Both the position numbers and the translations under genes were made by a program. Shown piece by piece: positions 60,318 to 64,000 of a stretch of DNA of 64,000 bases (the stretch's first letter is position 1; each line of letters begins with the position of its first letter). This DNA is from Sandaracinaceae bacterium LLY-WYZ-13_1. Lineage in GTDB: Bacteria; Myxococcota_A; Polyangia; Polyangiales; Sandaracinaceae. The notes beneath the pieces were generated by a model that was not told the origin of the DNA, did no database searches, and worked only from the letters and a program-made list of their open reading frames with translations. The stretch lies in the NCBI GenBank assembly GCA_031800425.1, contig DAPKRR010000398.1, forward strand, positions 3,220 to 67,219, written 5' to 3'.

Positions 60318-63037
60318 GCCGCCGACCGTCGACAAGCGCCCTCTGGCTCGGCGCCGTCGCCCTCGCCCTGGCCGGCGTGGGCTGCGGCCCCCAGTACCGC
60401 AACGCGTTCAGCCATCACTTCCTGGACAACCAGGAGACGGACCTCGGCCTGGTGCTCGAGCAGCTCCCGGAGGCGTCCCACGACGACGCCCCGGAGAACG
60501 CGCTCGGCGAGCCGATCGCGGTGGCCACCACCCACGCCGAGAGCGACGCCGAGCGCCAGCTCCTCGCCTACCGCGTGGACACCGGCGAGCAGATGTGGTC
60601 GGTGACGGTCGACGCGGCGACGCGCCCGGAGATCCTGGGTGACGTGGTGCTCACGAGCACCCGGGAGCGCCTGATCGCCTACGACCTGTCGAGCGGGCGC
60701 GAGCTCTGGCACTACGACCTGCCCGACCTCGCCTACGTGGGCGCGACCCGGGACGCCGACACCATCTACTGGTCCGCCACCGTCGGCGCGCTGGGCGGCG
60801 CCCGCCGGGTGGGCCACGTGGTGGCGATGAACGCGCGCAGCGGCGCCGAGCTCTGGCGCCACGAGGTCCAGGGCGTCTTCGGGCAGCCGGCGGCGAGCGG
60901 CGGCCTCGTCTTCGTGCCCTGGGAGCGGCAGAACATCGCGGTCCTCGACGAGGAGACCGGGAACGAGCTGGCGCGCCTGCGCTCCACCGACGACGTGGTG
61001 GCGTGGGCCTTCGACCACCCCACCGGCATCTACTACGGCGGGCGCGGGATCTACCGGCTGACCCACCGCTCGGTGCACGGCACCCGGGCGGAGGCGACCC
61101 ACGTGCGGCCGCCGCTCGGCGAGCTGCCTCGCCAGCCGGAGTCGGTGTGGCCGGACGGCTTCGTGCCGAAGCCCGGCACGCGCTCGGCGCGCGGGCGCAT
61201 CCGGGTGTACTTCAACCCGGCGCCGGCCGAGAGCCCCGACTCGATCCACGTCGAGGGCGACACGTACTACTTCGCGTACTACCGCTACGTCTTCGCCTAC
61301 GATCTCGAGGGCCACCTCCGGTGGACGCGGATCCTCGAGCAGGACGTGATCAACGCCGAGGCGATGCCCCACGGGCTGCTGACGGTCGGCGAGCAGGGCC
61401 AGATGCACCTGCTCGACCGCGACACCGGCAACGACCGGTGGACGCAGGACCTGGAGGCCGAGCTCGCGAGCGTGGCGATCGACGCCGCCGGCTTCCAGCC
61501 CGGCGGGGAGACGGGCGAGACCCGACCGCTGCGGCAGACCCTCAACGAGATGATCCTCGACCCGGACAACCGGCTCGTGGCGGCGCGCGCCTACGCGGTG
61601 CAGAAGCTGGCGCAGATCGAGGAGGAGGAGATCACCCGCGACCTGCTCGACCTCTACCAGCAGCGCTCCATGCCCGGCGCGCTCAAGGAGGCGATCCGGG
61701 AGGCGCTGCGCACCCGTCGCAGCGGCGCGCAGTACCTGCAGGAGGCGCTCGCGCGGCGCTACGACTACCTCGAGGACACCCAGGCACCGCCGTTGGAGGC
61801 GATCATCCCGGCGCTCCTCGAGATGGAGCACACCGAGGCGGTGCCGCGCCTGATCAACCACATGCTCGACCACGAGACGCCGGCGGAGGTGCTGCCGCAG
61901 GTGGTCGACGCGGTGGTACGGCTCGGCGGCGAGGAGGCGGTGCCCGCGCTGCGGAACTTCCTCGTGCTCTACCACGCCGACAGCCAGTTCCAGGGCCCGG
62001 TCGCCGACCAGGAGCCCGAGGAGGAGGGCGGCGAGCCGATCCGGGCGAACCCCGAGGCGCGCGCCCTCGCGATCGCGTCGGCGGGCATCTTCGAGCACGG
62101 CGGCGAGGAGGGGCGCGAGCTGCTCGCGAGCCTCTCGGGGGAGGACGCGCGGACCCTCGAGCCGGTGGCCGAGCACATCCGCGGGCTCTACCAGGCCGAG
62201 CGCGAGGCCGAGGAGCGGCGCCGTCGCGAGGAGGAGGAGGCCGCCCAGCGCGCCCTCGCCGAGGCCGCGCGGCAGGCCGAGGAGGCCCTCCCCCGGCGCC
62301 TGAGCCAGGAGGCGATCAACCAGACCTTCGCCGAGAACGCCGACCCGGTCCGCGAGTGCGTCGCCGGCGAGCTCGAGCGGAACCCGCGCCTCAACCAGGT
62401 CCGCATGGTCTTCATCCTCTCGAGCGACGGCGAGGCGAGCGAGCTGACGGTGTCGCCGAACACGCCGGAGCTCGTCGAGTGCCTGCGCGAGCGGGTCTCG
62501 GCCATCGAGTTCCCGCGCTTCCAGCAGCGGCGCATGCGGGCCTCGTTCACCGTGTCGATCCGCGGCAGCGAGTCCGAGGCGGAGGACACCCAGCCGGCGG
62601 TCGCCGAGGTCCCCGAGGACGCGCCCTGGTGGACCTGGAGCCAGCGCCGCGCCGAGATGCGCGGGGTCGGCGGCGAGCTCCCGGCCCTCGCGTGGTGGGC
62701 CGAGCGCGAAGCCCCCGAGGAGCCCGAGGAGCCCGAGGAGGCGGTGGCCTCGACCGAGGTGGAGTGTCCGCCCGGGATGCCCAACTGCCAGCAGGCGCAA
62801 CCTCGCGACGCGGAGGGCGGGTCGCAGGCGTCGACCGACGGAGGCCAGCAGGCGTCGGCGGGCGGCCAGACCGGCGGTGGCCAGGAAGGCGGCCAGACCG
62901 GGGGCGGCCGGGAAGGCGGCCAGGCCGGCGCCGGCGAGGAAGGCGGCGGTCAGCAGGGCGGTGGGACGCCCTGGTGGGCCGCGGCGGCCAGCGAAGAGGA
63001 CGAAGAGGACGCGGAGGACGACGACGAGGAGGAGTAG
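60314..63037 (+). CDS. Large lipoprotein: PQQ-like beta-propeller + HEAT-like repeats + AgmX/PglI-type C-terminal module + Gly/Gln and acidic tail
   Basis: The lipobox is LAGVGC. PQQ-type repeats recur (AYRVDTGEQMW, AYDLSSGRELW, AMNARSGAELW, LDRDTGNDRW). The ATG overlaps the upstream TGA. Confidence 0.75.
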   Translation: MSRRPSTSALWLGAVALALAGVGCGPQYRNAFSHHFLDNQETDLGLVLEQLPEASHDDAPENALGEPIAVATTHAESDAERQLLAYRVDTGEQMWSVTVDAATRPEILGDVVLTSTRERLIAYDLSSGRELWHYDLPDLAYVGATRDADTIYWSATVGALGGARRVGHVVAMNARSGAELWRHEVQGVFGQPAASGGLVFVPWERQNIAVLDEETGNELARLRSTDDVVAWAFDHPTGIYYGGRGIYRLTHRSVHGTRAEATHVRPPLGELPRQPESVWPDGFVPKPGTRSARGRIRVYFNPAPAESPDSIHVEGDTYYFAYYRYVFAYDLEGHLRWTRILEQDVINAEAMPHGLLTVGEQGQMHLLDRDTGNDRWTQDLEAELASVAIDAAGFQPGGETGETRPLRQTLNEMILDPDNRLVAARAYAVQKLAQIEEEEITRDLLDLYQQRSMPGALKEAIREALRTRRSGAQYLQEALARRYDYLEDTQAPPLEAIIPALLEMEHTEAVPRLINHMLDHETPAEVLPQVVDAVVRLGGEEAVPALRNFLVLYHADSQFQGPVADQEPEEEGGEPIRANPEARALAIASAGIFEHGGEEGRELLASLSGEDARTLEPVAEHIRGLYQAEREAEERRRREEEEAAQRALAEAARQAEEALPRRLSQEAINQTFAENADPVRECVAGELERNPRLNQVRMVFILSSDGEASELTVSPNTPELVECLRERVSAIEFPRFQQRRMRASFTVSIRGSESEAEDTQPAVAEVPEDAPWWTWSQRRAEMRGVGGELPALAWWAEREAPEEPEEPEEAVASTEVECPPGMPNCQQAQPRDAEGGSQASTDGGQQASAGGQTGGGQEGGQTGGGREGGQAGAGEEGGGQQGGGTPWWAAAASEEDEEDAEDDDEEE
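62861..62941. repeat. Tandem 27-bp repeat (three units) near the 3' end of the beta-propeller/HEAT lipoprotein gene
   Basis: Each unit begins GGCGGCCAG and ends GGAA. The three units encode GGQTGGGQE, GGQTGGGRE and GGQAGAGEE. Confidence 0.9.
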
Positions 63038-63545
63038 CGTCCTGTGGCTCCTGTGGCTCGGCGCCTGTGGCGGCGCCGACACGGCGCCCGGCGCTCCGCC
63101 CACGACCGCCCGCGAGGTGCCGAGCGAGCCCGCAGAGAGCCCCGATGAGCCGCGGACCGGCCCGCCGCGCGTCGTCCTCGCGCCCGCGGACGCCGCGCCG
63201 GTGACGGTCCGGGTGGAGGTCGCGGACACCGAGGCGGCGCGGCGGCGCGGGCTGATGTGGCGCCGTCACCTCCCGCCCGACGCCGGGATGCTCTTCGTGT
63301 TCGACCGAGCGGAGCGCCAGAGCTTCTGGATGCGGAACACCTTCCTCGCGCTCGACATGATCTTCATCGGGGAGAACCGGCGTGTCGTCGGCGTGGTGGC
63401 GGAGGCCACCCCCTTGACCGAGGAGGAACGGGCGGTGGACGCCCCGTCGCGATACGTGCTCGAGGTCCACGCGGGCTTCGCGCGCGAGCATGGCATCGAG
63501 GCCGGCACCCCCGTACGGTTCGTGAACGTCCCGGAGGATAGGTGA
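62961..63545 (+). CDS. DUF192 domain-containing lipoprotein
   Basis: The core sequence is GMLFVFDRAERQSFWMRNTFLALDMIF and the lipobox is WLGAC. The start is uncertain: GTG 62961, GTG 62877 or CTG 63042. The first two overlap the upstream gene. Confidence 0.65.
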   Translation: MGRPGGPRRPAKRTKRTRRTTTRRSSVLWLLWLGACGGADTAPGAPPTTAREVPSEPAESPDEPRTGPPRVVLAPADAAPVTVRVEVADTEAARRRGLMWRRHLPPDAGMLFVFDRAERQSFWMRNTFLALDMIFIGENRRVVGVVAEATPLTEEERAVDAPSRYVLEVHAGFAREHGIEAGTPVRFVNVPEDR

Positions 63546-63547
63546 GC

Positions 63548-64000
63548 ATGCGCGCATCAATTCTGAGCATCGTCGTTCTCGCGAGCGCTGCGTCCGTCGC
63601 GGGCTGCGACGAGGGCGACGACGTCGGCGCGTCGTCCGACCCGAGCCCCGAGCCCGAGACGGTCGGCGTCGCCGACGACGGCAGCACGATCATCTTCGGC
63701 GGGCCCCGGCGGTCCGAGGGGCAGGCGGTGAGCGGCAGCCGTTCGACCGACTACGACGAGGAGCACCTCATCCGCGAGCCCAACACCCCCGACCCCGAGG
63801 AGGGTGAGTTCACCCTCGAAGAGGCGGTGGTGGGCCTGCCGATCGACGGCAGCCTGGTCGTGGAGATCGGCACCGAGATGGGGACCCTGCTCTGTGACCT
63901 GTACGCGGATCGGGCGCCGAACACGGTGGCCAACTTCGTGGGGCTCGCGCGGGGGCGACGCCCCTGGTGGGACGCGCGCGCCGGTGAGTGGCGCACCGAG
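63548..64000 (+). CDS. Cyclophilin-type peptidyl-prolyl isomerase lipoprotein (3'-truncated by the window end)
   Basis: The lipobox is SVAGC, and the cyclophilin motif GTLLCDLYADRAPNTVANFVGLA is present. The ORF is open to nt 64000. Confidence 0.8.
   Translation, partial: MRASILSIVVLASAASVAGCDEGDDVGASSDPSPEPETVGVADDGSTIIFGGPRRSEGQAVSGSRSTDYDEEHLIREPNTPDPEEGEFTLEEAVVGLPIDGSLVVEIGTEMGTLLCDLYADRAPNTVANFVGLARGRRPWWDARAGEWRTE

Overview
Very GC-rich (roughly 70%) bacterial chromosomal segment, densely coding, with about 50 genes. Gene content suggests a myxobacterium. This is inference from many lipoproteins, PEGA-domain and eukaryote-like Ser/Thr kinases, AgmX/PglI-type domains, and an NtrC-type activator next to type IV pilins. 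Main blocks: (i) 1-10.7 kb holds the 3' part of an NRPS module whose adenylation domain is split by a luciferase-like monooxygenase domain. It is followed by a PPTase and a polysaccharide assembly set: Wzz-like co-polymerase, split Alg14/Alg13-like glycosyltransferase, epimerase, AsnB-type amidotransferase and GT2. (ii) 10.7-17.2 kb holds an RND efflux pair and a membrane Ser/Thr kinase. (iii) 18.7-27 kb holds the GlgE-pathway alpha-glucan operon glgE-treS/mak-glgB, a Cys-rich lipoprotein and a stand-alone BLUF photoreceptor. This block is bracketed by two diverged paralogous beta-helix lipoprotein genes. (iv) 27-37 kb holds a co-directional minus-strand array: Wzx flippase, GNAT/FemAB-like transferase, AurF-like diiron oxygenase, two small ORFs, carrier protein, stand-alone DltA-like adenylation enzyme, polysaccharide deacetylase and beta-helix lipoprotein. 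A divergent GT-C glycosyltransferase sits next to it. I consider this array the best candidate for an undescribed carrier-protein-dependent polysaccharide decoration system. (v) 37-43 kb holds envelope and lipoprotein genes, a crotonase, a PEGA protein and a TPR lipoprotein. (vi) 43.3-49.2 kb holds a sigma54-dependent response regulator followed by two pilin genes. Each pilin gene is preceded by the same regulatory module: two TGACG-N5-CGTCA palindromes 31 bp apart, about 50 bp upstream of a -24/-12 promoter. An unknown protein and a GT-C/TPR membrane protein follow. (vii) 49.2-56.1 kb holds a convergent operon: PEGA Ser/Thr kinase, pseudopilin, fused MFS/spermidine-synthase/TPR protein. (viii) 56.4-64 kb holds a phosphodiester-glycosidase-like protein, a HEAT protein, a large beta-propeller/HEAT lipoprotein, DUF192 and the 5' part of a cyclophilin. 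I recognised no rRNA, tRNA, CRISPR, transposase or integrase. All functional calls rest on motif recognition by eye; no database search was run.
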